A stretch of 64,000 bases of DNA from Acidobacteriota bacterium. GTDB lineage: Bacteria > Acidobacteriota > UBA6911 > RPQK01 > JADFOI01. The notes under the pieces were generated by a model. It saw only the letters and a list, made by a program, of their open reading frames with translations. It was not told where the DNA came from and searched no databases. Each line of letters begins with the position of its first letter. The stretch's first letter is position 1. Location: positions 768,001-832,000 of the forward strand of contig OY760074.1 in the NCBI GenBank assembly GCA_963663035.1, in the 5' to 3' direction. The translations under genes and the position numbers were made by a program. Of this stretch, positions 48,599 to 58,396 are shown in pieces.

Positions 48599-49873
48599 AT
48601 GGCTTCAGATACCCTGACGATTACAGATAATCGAACCGGGAAAAGCTATGAGTGTCCAATTCAGTCGGGGACGATTCGGGCCATGGATCTTCGTCAGATT
48701 AGAACTTCTGATGATGATTTCGGCCTGATGACCTACGATCCGGGCTTCACCAACACAGCTTCTTGTCAAAGTCAGATCACCTTTATTGATGGAGGTAAGG
48801 GCATTTTGCAGTATCGGGGCTATCCCATCGAGGAGTTGGCAGAAAAAAGTACGTTTCTAGCAGTTGCCTATCTTCTCCTGGATGGTGAACTGCCCTCTGA
48901 AAGCGAGCTGGAAGAGTGGCGCTCCGATATCGTTCAGCACACCATGGTTCACGAGAACATCAAGCATTTCATGGACGAATTTCACCATGATGCCCATCCC
49001 ATGGGAATACTCCTGAGCACGGTGGGTGCCCTTTCCACCTTTTACCCGGACGCCCGCGACCTTTCTGATCCAGTGAATCGCAGGTTACAGATCGTCCGTC
49101 TCATCGCCAAGATGCCCACCCTGGCCGCCTTCGCCTATCGCCACAGGATGGGGATGCCCTATAGCTATCCAGACAACAGCCTCAGCTTTACCGGAAATTT
49201 TCTCAGTATGATGTTCAAGATGGCAGAGCCGGAATACAAGGTCAATCCGGTGCTCGAGCAGGCCCTGGATCTGTTATTCATCTTGCACGCTGACCATGAG
49301 CAGAATTGCAGCACCAATGCGATGCGTTCGGTTGCCAGTTCGAAAACCGACCCCTTTTCTGCTGCGGCTGCTGCCATTGCTGCCCTTTACGGCCCTCTTC
49401 ATGGGGGGGCTAATGAGGCTGTCCTGCGCATGCTCACGGAGATCGGCAGCCCAGCCGGCATTCCCGACTTCATGGAAAAGGTAAAATCCGGAAAAGCCCG
49501 CCTGATGGGCTTCGGTCACCGCGTCTATAAGAATTACGATCCCCGAGCACGAATCATCAAGGAGATGTCTACCCGGGTCTTCGAAGTAACGGGCCGCAAT
49601 CCGCTGCTCGATCTGGCCCTTGAACTGGAGGAGATCGCACTGAAGGAGGACTACTTTGTGGAGCGAAAGCTGTATCCGAATGTGGATTTCTATTCGGGCC
49701 TGATCTACCAGTCCATGGGGATTCCGCCGGACATGTTTCCGGTGCTGTTTGCTATCGGCCGAACAGTGGGGTGGTTGGCCCAGTGGGAGGAGATGCTCTC
49801 AGACTCCGAGCAGAAGATCGCCCGTCCTCGCCAGATTTACACAGGTCAGCAGTCCCGGCACCTGGGTGACTAG
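48599..49873 (+). CDS. gltA: Citrate synthase
   Basis: YDPGF.NTAS, LHADHEQNCST, GPLHGGANE, GFGHRVYK, YPNVDFYSG. Confidence 0.95.
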   Translation: MASDTLTITDNRTGKSYECPIQSGTIRAMDLRQIRTSDDDFGLMTYDPGFTNTASCQSQITFIDGGKGILQYRGYPIEELAEKSTFLAVAYLLLDGELPSESELEEWRSDIVQHTMVHENIKHFMDEFHHDAHPMGILLSTVGALSTFYPDARDLSDPVNRRLQIVRLIAKMPTLAAFAYRHRMGMPYSYPDNSLSFTGNFLSMMFKMAEPEYKVNPVLEQALDLLFILHADHEQNCSTNAMRSVASSKTDPFSAAAAAIAALYGPLHGGANEAVLRMLTEIGSPAGIPDFMEKVKSGKARLMGFGHRVYKNYDPRARIIKEMSTRVFEVTGRNPLLDLALELEEIALKEDYFVERKLYPNVDFYSGLIYQSMGIPPDMFPVLFAIGRTVGWLAQWEEMLSDSEQKIARPRQIYTGQQSRHLGD

Positions 49874-49893
49874 TATCTCGTCCCACAGGAGAG

Positions 49894-50688
49894 CTATTGT
49901 GAAAGCAGGCCATCGATGACGGGCTCAAAGGAATTAAAGGGCAGGGCTCCTCTAAGGGTCTGAACCACTTTCACTTTGTTAGGATCCTCGGAATCGGTAA
50001 ATCCTAGTCCGAAAGAGGGCGTGGCCCGTATTCCAATCTTGGCTCCGACTGCAAGATCTTCACGGATTGCAACCGCAAATTGTCCGCTCTGCAGGCATGT
50101 ATCGAACTTCGCCCCATCCACACCGAGTGCTGCAGCATGGGACTTGAGCTGTAGGGTAGTCAGCGAGTTCTGATTGGCAAACAGGCGGTCATGCATTTCC
50201 CAGAATTTGCCCTGTTGGCCGGCGCAGCTGACTGCCTCAGCCGCTTGAAATGCATAGGGATGGATGGATTCCAACGGAAAGTCGAAGTAGACATACTTGA
50301 GCTTTCCAGTCTCGATATAATCTTTCAAGATTTGAGGCATCGTCTCACGGACGTGTCTTCCGCAAAACGGTCACTGGTAGTCGGTGAACTCGATCAAGGT
50401 CAGCTTCGCATTTCGGTCGCCCTTAAATGGACTCCCCTCAATATCCAGATCAATGTTCAGGACAACGGGAACTGGAGCGGGAGCCGCAGCGGGAGCCGGA
50501 GCCAGTCTTGTGCTGAGAAGGCGCTTGATCTCCTGAAGCTCTTCTTGAATGGCCTCCTGGCCTGCCTTGAGTGCCTCGATCTCGTTTCTCAGGTCGTCAC
50601 CAGACGTGTCCTGTGCCAAGCCGGCTGGCCCACCCCAAAAGGTGAGTAGACTCAATCCAAAGACTACGGTGAACCACTTTATCCTCAT
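49894..50688 (-). CDS. Putative DsbA-family selenoprotein (UPFC)
   Basis: ORFs 50371-50688 and 49894-50340 join in frame: IEFTDYQ-TGA-PFC-GRHVRETMPQI; later DFPL, GKFWEMHD, cis-Pro ATPSF. Confidence 0.88.
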
Positions 50689-50844
50689 GATTTTCTCCTA
50701 TTGTTGCAAGCCTCTTATCTTTACTATCTCCCAGCGACCCCAGGCAGGTCAACCATTATCCCCTGTATCCTGCCTTGTACTCCATGCAAGGTGTAAGAAG
50801 TCGGACCGTGGCGACACTCACTTCAAGAGAAAGGAGAAGACCCA

Positions 50845-51864
50845 ATGAAAAGACTGTCACACATGGCTTCTGTGCTGATGATCCTGATTCTGCTGTTTCC
50901 GACCAGTGTTACTGCCGGTCGAAAACACACGGACGTGGAGAAGATCGGGAATCGCAAGATCAATGGAAGGATCGTCGGCATCTTTCCCAATTTCATCTCT
51001 CAGGGAAAGGAGATTCAGCTGGGTGCCCAGTTTGCACAGATGTTCGAGGAGACAGCGCGATTGGTGGAAGACCCGCTGGTGACGGAGTATGTCGACCGAC
51101 TTGGACAGGAGATTGTCAAACACTCGGACGCCAAGGTGCCCTTTATGATCAAGGTGGTGGACACCGATGAAGTGAATGCCTTTGCTTTGCCGGGCGGCTT
51201 TCTCTATGTCAACAAGGGTCTGATTCTGGAAGCTGACAATGAATCTGAATTGGCGGGAGTCCTGGCTCATGAAATTGCTCACGTGACTGCCCGGCATGCT
51301 ACTGAGAGGATGTCAAAAGGTCAGCTGCTGCAGTTCGCTGCCATTCCCGCTCTCTTCGTGGGAGGAGGTTTGGCCGGGTATGGAATTCAAAATGGTCTGG
51401 GTCTGGGTATGAATCTGGCTGTCCTGGGCATTACCCGAAAGTCTGAGTCGGAGGCAGATCAGCTGGGGACACAGTACCTCTGGAACACGGGGTACGATCC
51501 TCACGGGTTCATTACCTTTTTTGAAAAACTTGAGGCCCGGCAGAAGGACAAGCCTGGTAAGTTCGCGGGCTTCTTTAGAACTCATCCCACCCCCGAGAGT
51601 CGGATCGAAGATGTGCAGGAGGAGATTTCCTTTTTGCCTGCTAAGGGAGAATACGTTGTCAGCGGTTCTGAGTTTGAACGGGTCAAGGCTCGCTTGATCG
51701 AGTTGGACTACCAGGGAATGGAGCCAGGTACGTATCAGGGACAGGCAGAGGCCAAGCGGCCAACTTTGAAGCGAAGAACCAACACAGACGGGACGGAACG
51801 GGACAAGCCCACTTTGAAGAAAGACCGTCCCACCTTGAAGAGGTCAGAAGGCTCGAAAAGCTGA
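50845..51864 (+). CDS. M48 zinc metalloprotease
   Basis: NAFALPGG, LAHEIAH, ESEAD, THP. Confidence 0.9.
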   Translation: MKRLSHMASVLMILILLFPTSVTAGRKHTDVEKIGNRKINGRIVGIFPNFISQGKEIQLGAQFAQMFEETARLVEDPLVTEYVDRLGQEIVKHSDAKVPFMIKVVDTDEVNAFALPGGFLYVNKGLILEADNESELAGVLAHEIAHVTARHATERMSKGQLLQFAAIPALFVGGGLAGYGIQNGLGLGMNLAVLGITRKSESEADQLGTQYLWNTGYDPHGFITFFEKLEARQKDKPGKFAGFFRTHPTPESRIEDVQEEISFLPAKGEYVVSGSEFERVKARLIELDYQGMEPGTYQGQAEAKRPTLKRRTNTDGTERDKPTLKKDRPTLKRSEGSKS

Positions 51865-51896
51865 CGGAGACGGACTAAAGGGGACAGCCCCCTACT

Positions 51897-52418
51897 CTAA
51901 TGATCTTCGGAAGGTGGCTTTGAGTAATCGTCAAAGACGAATGTGAAGAGTTCCGGCTCTCCACCGGAAACCGTTTCAGGAAGCCGAAGCAAGAGCGTCA
52001 GGGTCACGGGAAACTCTACCTCTCGGTCCAGTTTGGCTTCCACTGTCCCTGGGGCTGCTCCAACTCCCAGGGGGGTGCCGGGAGGATCAGGAAATTCACC
52101 CCAGTGAACCGTTCCTTCGCACTCACCAACCTTGTCGGGAGGCAGGAGCTCGGTAAATTCATCGTACAGATAGACCCGGAACAACCCCTCTGGAGTCAAG
52201 GTTGCTTCCAGATGATGCTTATTATCCAGTGCCATGAAGAAGACTCCGCCATGTTTGGGGTCGTGATCTTCGTGGCCCATGGCTGTTTCCATTTCAGGGG
52301 AATGTTCAGCCATCTCTGCCTGGCCAGTCTCAACCTCAGGAGATCCACTCCCCTGGCAGCACACCAGAAGCAGTGCCAGGGAGAACACCACTAAAGAGAG
52401 AATTCGTGTGTAAGTCAT
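51897..52418 (-). CDS. Hypothetical lipoprotein, possible metal-binding
   Basis: Signal peptide with Cys, HEDHDPKHGG, HHLE. Confidence 0.65.
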   Translation of the reverse strand: MTYTRILSLVVFSLALLLVCCQGSGSPEVETGQAEMAEHSPEMETAMGHEDHDPKHGGVFFMALDNKHHLEATLTPEGLFRVYLYDEFTELLPPDKVGECEGTVHWGEFPDPPGTPLGVGAAPGTVEAKLDREVEFPVTLTLLLRLPETVSGGEPELFTFVFDDYSKPPSEDH

Positions 52419-52649
52419 AATCTGATGCCTTCTGTTTCAGTTGTCTTCTGCAAGCCAAATCAGCGCAAATGAGATTGCGAAGAGAGTCATCCTCGTCGCC
52501 ATACTGCTTGAGTGTACTTTGACTTTCTCCTGGAGTCGAGGTCAGTGGATTGAGAAATCAAAAATGCGATAAAGTGTAATGAATAAATTCAAAGAGATTT
52601 GTGGCCGATGACAGATCATATGAAGCCCTTGGGCAAGAGTTGGGAGAGC

Positions 52650-53696
52650 ATGGCGACACTCACAGATCTTCCTGCTTTCGGAATATGCGGCTGGAGTGGT
52701 TCCGGGAAAACGAGCCTGATTGAGCGTGTGGTTCCACATTTACGCAAAAAGGGACTCCAGGTGGCGGTGCTCAAGCACACTGACCATGAAATCGACGTGG
52801 ACCATCCTGGAAAGGATAGTGATCGACTCTTTCATTCGGGGGCGGATGTCTTTCTGAAAGGGTCGGAGGAAGGATTACTGAGGTCGCGAGAAGCTGCCCA
52901 CGTCAGCTTGTCTGCCACTCTCAGTTCACTCCCTCTGAGGTACGACCTGGTGCTGGTGGAAGGCCACAAAGAGTCACCTCTCCCCAAAGTGTGGCTGCTG
53001 GATCCGACTGAAAACCGAGCACCCGCTGAAATCGAGGAGATCCTTGCTACGCTGCCCCGCGACTCGGACCGGGTTGGGTCCTTCTTGTCTATTTTGGACA
53101 ATTGGCTCTTCAAGCAATGGCTGAAGACACCTGTTTTTGGATGCCTTCTGATTGGCGGTCAAAGCAAGCGCATGGGGCATCCCAAGCACATGATTCGAAA
53201 AGATGGCAAGACTTGGATTGAACGAAGTGTGGGATTGCTTCGTGAGCTAACCTCCACGGTGATGATTGCAGGGACGGGAAGTTTGCCGGAAGGCCTGGGA
53301 CAGTGCCTCCGTCTGGCGGATGTGCCTGCTGTCAGTGGACCCATGGCTGGGGTTCTGGCAGCTTTGCGTTGGGCCCCACGTGCTTCTTGGCTGGTGGCTG
53401 CATGCGACCTTCCTCTGTTGTCCCTGTCTTCTTTGGAGTGGCTTCTCTCCACCCGTGCACCCGGAGTCTGGGCCACGCTTCCCCAGCTGAGGGGGCAAGA
53501 CGGTCGGATTGAACCTCTCTTGGCTCACTACGATTTCCGATCCCGCTCCCTAGTGGAAACTTTAGCCAGCCATGGCGATTTTTCACTTTCTCGTTTGGGC
53601 TCCCATGCCAAAGTCATCGTGCCCTCGCCTCCTTCTTCTCTTGTCCCAGCCTGGCAGGACGTCAATACGCCGGCGGAGGCGATACAGGTTGGGTGA
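52650..53696 (+). CDS. mobB: MobB-MobA fusion (molybdopterin-guanine dinucleotide synthesis)
   Basis: GWSGSGKT, LKH, VEGHK; then GGQSKRMG, GPMAG, ACDLP, DVNTP. Confidence 0.85.
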   Translation: MATLTDLPAFGICGWSGSGKTSLIERVVPHLRKKGLQVAVLKHTDHEIDVDHPGKDSDRLFHSGADVFLKGSEEGLLRSREAAHVSLSATLSSLPLRYDLVLVEGHKESPLPKVWLLDPTENRAPAEIEEILATLPRDSDRVGSFLSILDNWLFKQWLKTPVFGCLLIGGQSKRMGHPKHMIRKDGKTWIERSVGLLRELTSTVMIAGTGSLPEGLGQCLRLADVPAVSGPMAGVLAALRWAPRASWLVAACDLPLLSLSSLEWLLSTRAPGVWATLPQLRGQDGRIEPLLAHYDFRSRSLVETLASHGDFSLSRLGSHAKVIVPSPPSSLVPAWQDVNTPAEAIQVG

Positions 53697-54269
53697 GTGA
53701 GTCAGCTACAGGTCTTCGAAAGAGGAGCTGGTTTCCCTTTACTGGCCCTGCCCAAGATACCGATGGTTCGAAGTGCAGTCCTGGTCGGTTCTATCGCCCC
53801 CGACATGGCTTTTTACGTGCTGTCATTGGGTTCGTTATGGTACTTCCAGAATGTGCTGGGGTGGCCCCGTAATGAGACTGCGAGGTATATATTCGGTACC
53901 CTGTATTTCGAAGATCCTGTGTGGATCGCTTGCCTGAATGTTTTGCACTCGCCCCTGAGCCTCGTGTGCGGACTGCTTGTCATCCGCTTGCTGAAGACCC
54001 GTTGGAGTCACTTTTCCAATTGGATGCAGTGGTTTCTGATGGCCTGTCTTCTGCACTCGTTTGTAGACATCGCCACTCATTATGACGACGGTCCCGTGCT
54101 CTTTTGGCCATTGAACTGGACCCTTCGCTTTTATAGCCCCATCAGCTATTGGGATCGTGCTCACTTCGGCAGAGAGTTTCGAATCTTCGAAATCATCTTG
54201 GACCTGTCATTAGTGGGTTACCTCATTTTCTCCTGGTTCCGCCGATCCCGACCACCGCAAACTGACTGA
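53697..54269 (+). CDS. Membrane metal-dependent hydrolase (N-terminus possibly truncated)
   Basis: GSIAPD, LHS, HSFVDIATH.DD, SPISYWD. Confidence 0.65.
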   Translation: MSQLQVFERGAGFPLLALPKIPMVRSAVLVGSIAPDMAFYVLSLGSLWYFQNVLGWPRNETARYIFGTLYFEDPVWIACLNVLHSPLSLVCGLLVIRLLKTRWSHFSNWMQWFLMACLLHSFVDIATHYDDGPVLFWPLNWTLRFYSPISYWDRAHFGREFRIFEIILDLSLVGYLIFSWFRRSRPPQTD

Positions 54270-54303
54270 TCTGACAGTCCTGGTCCCATATCTGCTAGCT
54301 ATG

Positions 54304-55533
54304 TCAACTCTCACGATCGGCCACTGAGACATCCTCTACTGAGGCCTCATATTTGGCCTCGCTCAAGGTCTCCAGGATCTGTCGAAGGTGGCCCATCCCC
54401 AGCGTTTGAAGGACAAACTCCACTTCTGCTGTTCGTAAAGAGAGATTCGTGAAGGCTCGCTGATGGCGAACCTCAATGATGTTGGAGTTGGCCTCACCCA
54501 GGATCTGGCTCACTTCCGCGAGCGAACCCGGAACATCAGGTATCCCTACACGGAGTCTCACCAGCCGACCGGACCGGACCAGCCCGCGCTGCATGATCGA
54601 CGAGAGCGCGAGTAGGTCGATGTTACCGCCGGAGAGAATCAAGCCCACCTTCCGGCCCTTGAAGCGAGCCCGATGTTCCAGCAGCGCTGCCAGGCCGACT
54701 GCTCCTGCCCCCTCCACGACGGTTTTCTCCACCTCAACAAGAAGAAGCACAGCCGACTCGATTTGGCCTTCGTCGACCAGCAGGATCTCATCCACGAACT
54801 CTCTGACCAAGGGCAGTGTGTAGCGTCCCGGCTCTGTTACCGCAATGCCGTCCGCCATGGTAGTCGTGCCGCACTCGATCTTAGCGCCTTCCAGTGCCTG
54901 CAGCATCGAAGGAAAGCGTGCAGCCTGCACGCCGATCACTTCGATCTCTTGACGAATGCCCTTGGCAGCGATGGCGGTCCCGGCTATGAGGCCGCCTCCG
55001 CCAACCGGAACCAGGAGCACCTCCAGATCGGTGCAGGCCTCCAGCATCTCCACAGCAATGGTTCCCTGACCGGCGATGATCTGCTCATCATCGTAAGGAT
55101 GAATGAGGTGCAGGCCCCTTTCCCCGACAAGCACCTCGGTGAACTCGCGGGCCTCATCCAATCCCTTGCCACGGAGGATCACCTCGGCTCCAAAGGCTCG
55201 GGTGCTCTCGACCTTGATATTGGCCGTGTGACGCGGCATCACGATAGTGGTGGGGATGCCGAGCCCCTGAGCATGGTAGGCCACCGCTTGCGCATGGTTG
55301 CCCGCCGACATCGCTATGATTCCGGCCTTCTGCTCCTCCCTCGTGAGTGTCAGAAGCTTCACCAGAGCGCCTCGTTCCTTGAAAGAAGCCGTGAATTGGT
55401 GGTTCTCAAATTTGAGTCGTACATCGGCTCCAGTGATCTCAGAGAGCGTCTTGGATCGTGTGCAGGAGGTTTTGATAACGCTGCCCTTGATGGCTTCTGC
55501 AGCTTCATGGATCTTCTGTAGGCTAACCGTCAT
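54304..55533 (-). CDS. ilvA: Threonine dehydratase with ACT domain
   Basis: SFKERGA, SAGNHAQ, VGGGGLI, LSGGN. Confidence 0.88.
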   Translation of the reverse strand: MTVSLQKIHEAAEAIKGSVIKTSCTRSKTLSEITGADVRLKFENHQFTASFKERGALVKLLTLTREEQKAGIIAMSAGNHAQAVAYHAQGLGIPTTIVMPRHTANIKVESTRAFGAEVILRGKGLDEAREFTEVLVGERGLHLIHPYDDEQIIAGQGTIAVEMLEACTDLEVLLVPVGGGGLIAGTAIAAKGIRQEIEVIGVQAARFPSMLQALEGAKIECGTTTMADGIAVTEPGRYTLPLVREFVDEILLVDEGQIESAVLLLVEVEKTVVEGAGAVGLAALLEHRARFKGRKVGLILSGGNIDLLALSSIMQRGLVRSGRLVRLRVGIPDVPGSLAEVSQILGEANSNIIEVRHQRAFTNLSLRTAEVEFVLQTLGMGHLRQILETLSEAKYEASVEDVSVADRES

Positions 55534-55652
55534 GATTCACCTCGCAATCTTGAGAGTTCATCATACGTTTTGGCCCATCTTTGCAAAAGAGCTTTCTGTG
55601 CTACATTGAGAAGGTCGATAGCCGGAGAGGGCGCACGCCTCGGTAGGGACCC

Positions 55653-56078
55653 ATGATCAAGGTCAGCAACACTCTTTTCATTCAAGAGGACGAACTTCAG
55701 TTCAAGGCTTCCCGCAGCAGTGGACCGGGGGGGCAGAATGTCAACAAGCTGAACACTCGGATGACACTGTCGTTTGACCTGGAAAACTCTCCCAGTCTGT
55801 CTCAGGCAGACAAGGAGCTGATCAAGAGACGCCTTTCCACTCGTATCAACAATAAAGGAGTTCTTCGCGTTGTCTGCCAGCGACATCGAACCCAGGAATC
55901 CAACAGGCGGACGGCAGTGGAACGGTTCACGGAGCTGTTGGCGCAGGCCCTCAGGAAAAGTACGCCCCGAAGGAAAACCCAAGTCTCAATGGCGGCGAAA
56001 CGCCGGCGCCTTGAGGAAAAGGCACAGCGCAGCCGATTAAAGCAGTTGCGGTCGAAATCTCAGTTGTGGGATGAATGA
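55653..56078 (+). CDS. arfB: Alternative ribosome rescue factor ArfB
   Basis: SSGPGGQNVNK, basic C-terminal tail. Confidence 0.92.
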   Translation: MIKVSNTLFIQEDELQFKASRSSGPGGQNVNKLNTRMTLSFDLENSPSLSQADKELIKRRLSTRINNKGVLRVVCQRHRTQESNRRTAVERFTELLAQALRKSTPRRKTQVSMAAKRRRLEEKAQRSRLKQLRSKSQLWDE

Positions 56079-56120
56079 TTGTCTTTGGTTATAATGCGCG
56101 TAAGAAGAAAGGAGAAGCTC

Positions 56121-57044
56121 ATGCGTTTAGGGTTTGCTTTGCCACAGATCGGTCCAAATACAGGGTCGGAGGCCCTGATTACGGTCGCAAAAGGCGCGGA
56201 AGAACTGGGGTTCGACAGTTTGTGGGTGTTGGACCGAATACTCTGGCCGGTCGATCCCCAGGCACCCTATCCTGTAGGAGATGGCACCTTGCCCGAGCTC
56301 TACAAGACCGTGCTGGACCCCCTGGAAACGCTGACATTTGTTAGCGCTCACACAAGCCGCATCGGCCTCGGAACCAGCGTCCTGAACATCCCCTTTTACA
56401 ACCCCGTCATGTTAGCGCGACGTTTGAGCACGATTGACGTCCTCTCAGGAGGAAGGCTGCGTCTTGGCCTGGGACAGGGATGGTCACCCGATGAATTCGC
56501 TGCCGCCGGTTCAGTGATGAAAGATCGCGGTAAGCGCTCAGATGAATTCCTTCAGGTCCTCAAGGCAATTTGGACGACCGACCCGGTGGAGTTCAAGGGA
56601 GAGTTCTACAACATCTCAAAATCTTTTATCGGCCCCAAGCCGGTTCAGAAGCCACACCCGCCAGTCTTCATGGCTGCCTATGTTCCGGCCGCTCTGCGAC
56701 GTGTTTCGCGGTACAGCGATGGCTGGATGCCAGTGGGAATTCCCTTAAGTGGTGTGGCGCAGATGTTTGAAGGGGTAAAAGAGATGGCCCGGGAAGCCGG
56801 CCGCGACCCCGAGACACTGAATCTGGTGGTTCGCGGCAACCTTGAGTTCTCAGAGACACCGATCAACGGCGAGCGCGCCGAGTTCACGGGCACTCAGGAG
56901 CAAATCAAAGGGGACATCTCGGAGGCGCGTCAAACGGGTGCGAGTGAGCTGATCCTGGATGTGCAGTTCTCTCCTGATGTGGACTCGGTGGAAAAGTTGG
57001 TGGCACGCATGGAGCAAGTTTGGGAACTGGCCAAGGAGTCCTGA
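56121..57044 (+). CDS. LLM-class (probably F420-dependent) oxidoreductase
   Basis: GFDSLWV, IGLGTSV, DVLSGGR, PVQKPHPP. Confidence 0.85.
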   Translation: MRLGFALPQIGPNTGSEALITVAKGAEELGFDSLWVLDRILWPVDPQAPYPVGDGTLPELYKTVLDPLETLTFVSAHTSRIGLGTSVLNIPFYNPVMLARRLSTIDVLSGGRLRLGLGQGWSPDEFAAAGSVMKDRGKRSDEFLQVLKAIWTTDPVEFKGEFYNISKSFIGPKPVQKPHPPVFMAAYVPAALRRVSRYSDGWMPVGIPLSGVAQMFEGVKEMAREAGRDPETLNLVVRGNLEFSETPINGERAEFTGTQEQIKGDISEARQTGASELILDVQFSPDVDSVEKLVARMEQVWELAKES

Positions 57045-57059
57045 ACCAGTCAAACCATT

Positions 57060-57494
57060 TTGGCTGGAAGCTCTGCTCTGACCCAGAAGGAGAAGGAATT
57101 CATTGGCGCTGGGCGAGTGGCGCATTTGGCAACTTCTGATGCCAGGGGACGCCCATTGGTTGTGCCCATTTGCTATGCCGTTGATGGTTCTGATCTCTAC
57201 TCCTCCATTGACGAGAAACCCAAAAAGGTCTCCCCTCTCCTGCTGGAAAGGATAAGAAACATTCGTGAAAGCCCCTATGTCTCCATTGTGGTTGATAGAT
57301 ACGAAGAAGATTGGACACGACTGGCCTATGTTTTGATTCGGGGAAGGGCAAGGATACTCACCCGAGGTCCGAGACATAAGAAGGCTGTAGATCTCTTAGA
57401 GAGGAAATATCCTCAGTATCGAGAAATGGCCATAGACAGCCGCCCCATCATCCACATCACGCTTGACCGCACCAAGAGCTGGGGCGTTCTATAA
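57060..57494 (+). CDS. PPOX-class F420-dependent oxidoreductase (TIGR03668-like)
   Basis: RVAHLAT, VVPICY, IDEKPK, DRYEEDW.RL, KYPQY. Confidence 0.82.
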   Translation: MAGSSALTQKEKEFIGAGRVAHLATSDARGRPLVVPICYAVDGSDLYSSIDEKPKKVSPLLLERIRNIRESPYVSIVVDRYEEDWTRLAYVLIRGRARILTRGPRHKKAVDLLERKYPQYREMAIDSRPIIHITLDRTKSWGVL

Positions 57495-57575
57495 ATCCTT
57501 CTTTCAGGGCGGTGTACCCATGGTCGAAAGGACGGTCAGCCACTTTAAGAATTCAGGAAAAGCTAGGGAGGAGAA

Positions 57576-58076
57576 ATGAGTGGAACTCAATGGTTATTGG
57601 TCGGCCTCATCGGCTGTGGTCTCGTGGTCTTTTATGTGTCCAGCTCCAGACAGGAGTCACCTCCACAAGCACCAGAGCAGACGGATGTAACGCAAACCAA
57701 CGAGTCTCAGGGGCAAGAGATCACAGGCCAGGTGATCGAACACTCGGTCTTGCGTGAATGGAATCCCGATAACGATTTCAGAGGCCTTGGGTTGGAGATC
57801 CTGGTGAGTGACGAAGCCACTGAAGATCAGCTTGTAAGCCTCATCAAAACGCTGGCAGCTGCCAGCGACCATGTGAATATCAGGGTCTACAGTTCGGAAG
57901 AAGCCTATCAGGAAGAACGAAGCCAGAGTTATGGTGATGCCTATAAGAGAGGATATCTCTTGTTCTACGTCAAGAACTTCACCGGAAACGGCCTCTTCGA
58001 TGGATTCAACGAAATCAGGTGGATGCAGCAGACAGGCGATCTCCCTCATAAGCTGGGACAGAAAATAGAATTTTGA
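57576..58076 (+). CDS. Hypothetical membrane-anchored protein
   Basis: RBS GGAGGAG, N-terminal TM segment. Confidence 0.6.
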   Translation: MSGTQWLLVGLIGCGLVVFYVSSSRQESPPQAPEQTDVTQTNESQGQEITGQVIEHSVLREWNPDNDFRGLGLEILVSDEATEDQLVSLIKTLAAASDHVNIRVYSSEEAYQEERSQSYGDAYKRGYLLFYVKNFTGNGLFDGFNEIRWMQQTGDLPHKLGQKIEF

Positions 58077-58220
58077 CCGCTGACCACCGGGCCGCTGACA
58101 ACTGACAGCTGACCGCTGACCCGTCCGGAGCCCCGAAGGGGCGCCAGGTAATAGCCCAGGGCGTAAGCCCTGGGTAGGATGCAGCAGCCGATCAGAGCCC
58201 TGTAAGGGCGGCTCAAAGGC
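58074..58220. repeat. CTGACNN heptamers followed by a REP-like hairpin cluster
   Basis: GCCCCGAAGGGGC, CCCAGGGCGTAAGCCCTGGG, GCCCTGTAAGGGC. Confidence 0.65.
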
Positions 58221-58396
58221 TCGACACTGCAAACTGAGGTTTACATCTGTGGGTGGAATCGGAGCCCACAGCTCCCCTTGAAGTCCCCACGCTGATTCCA
58301 GAAAAGACTAGAGCCACAGGAGTTACAGGCCGATTTCGGTAGTGATTTCCGACACTCTGGAATGGATATTGCTTCGATGAAGGACGAGCAAAGAAA

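Noticed and set aside
38884-50373. Genome-wide UGA reassignment (code 4/25) as the cause of the in-frame TGAs
   Set aside because: Many genes end correctly at TGA (e.g. 410, 31592, 42726, 57044), and read-through cases occur only at Cys-motif positions
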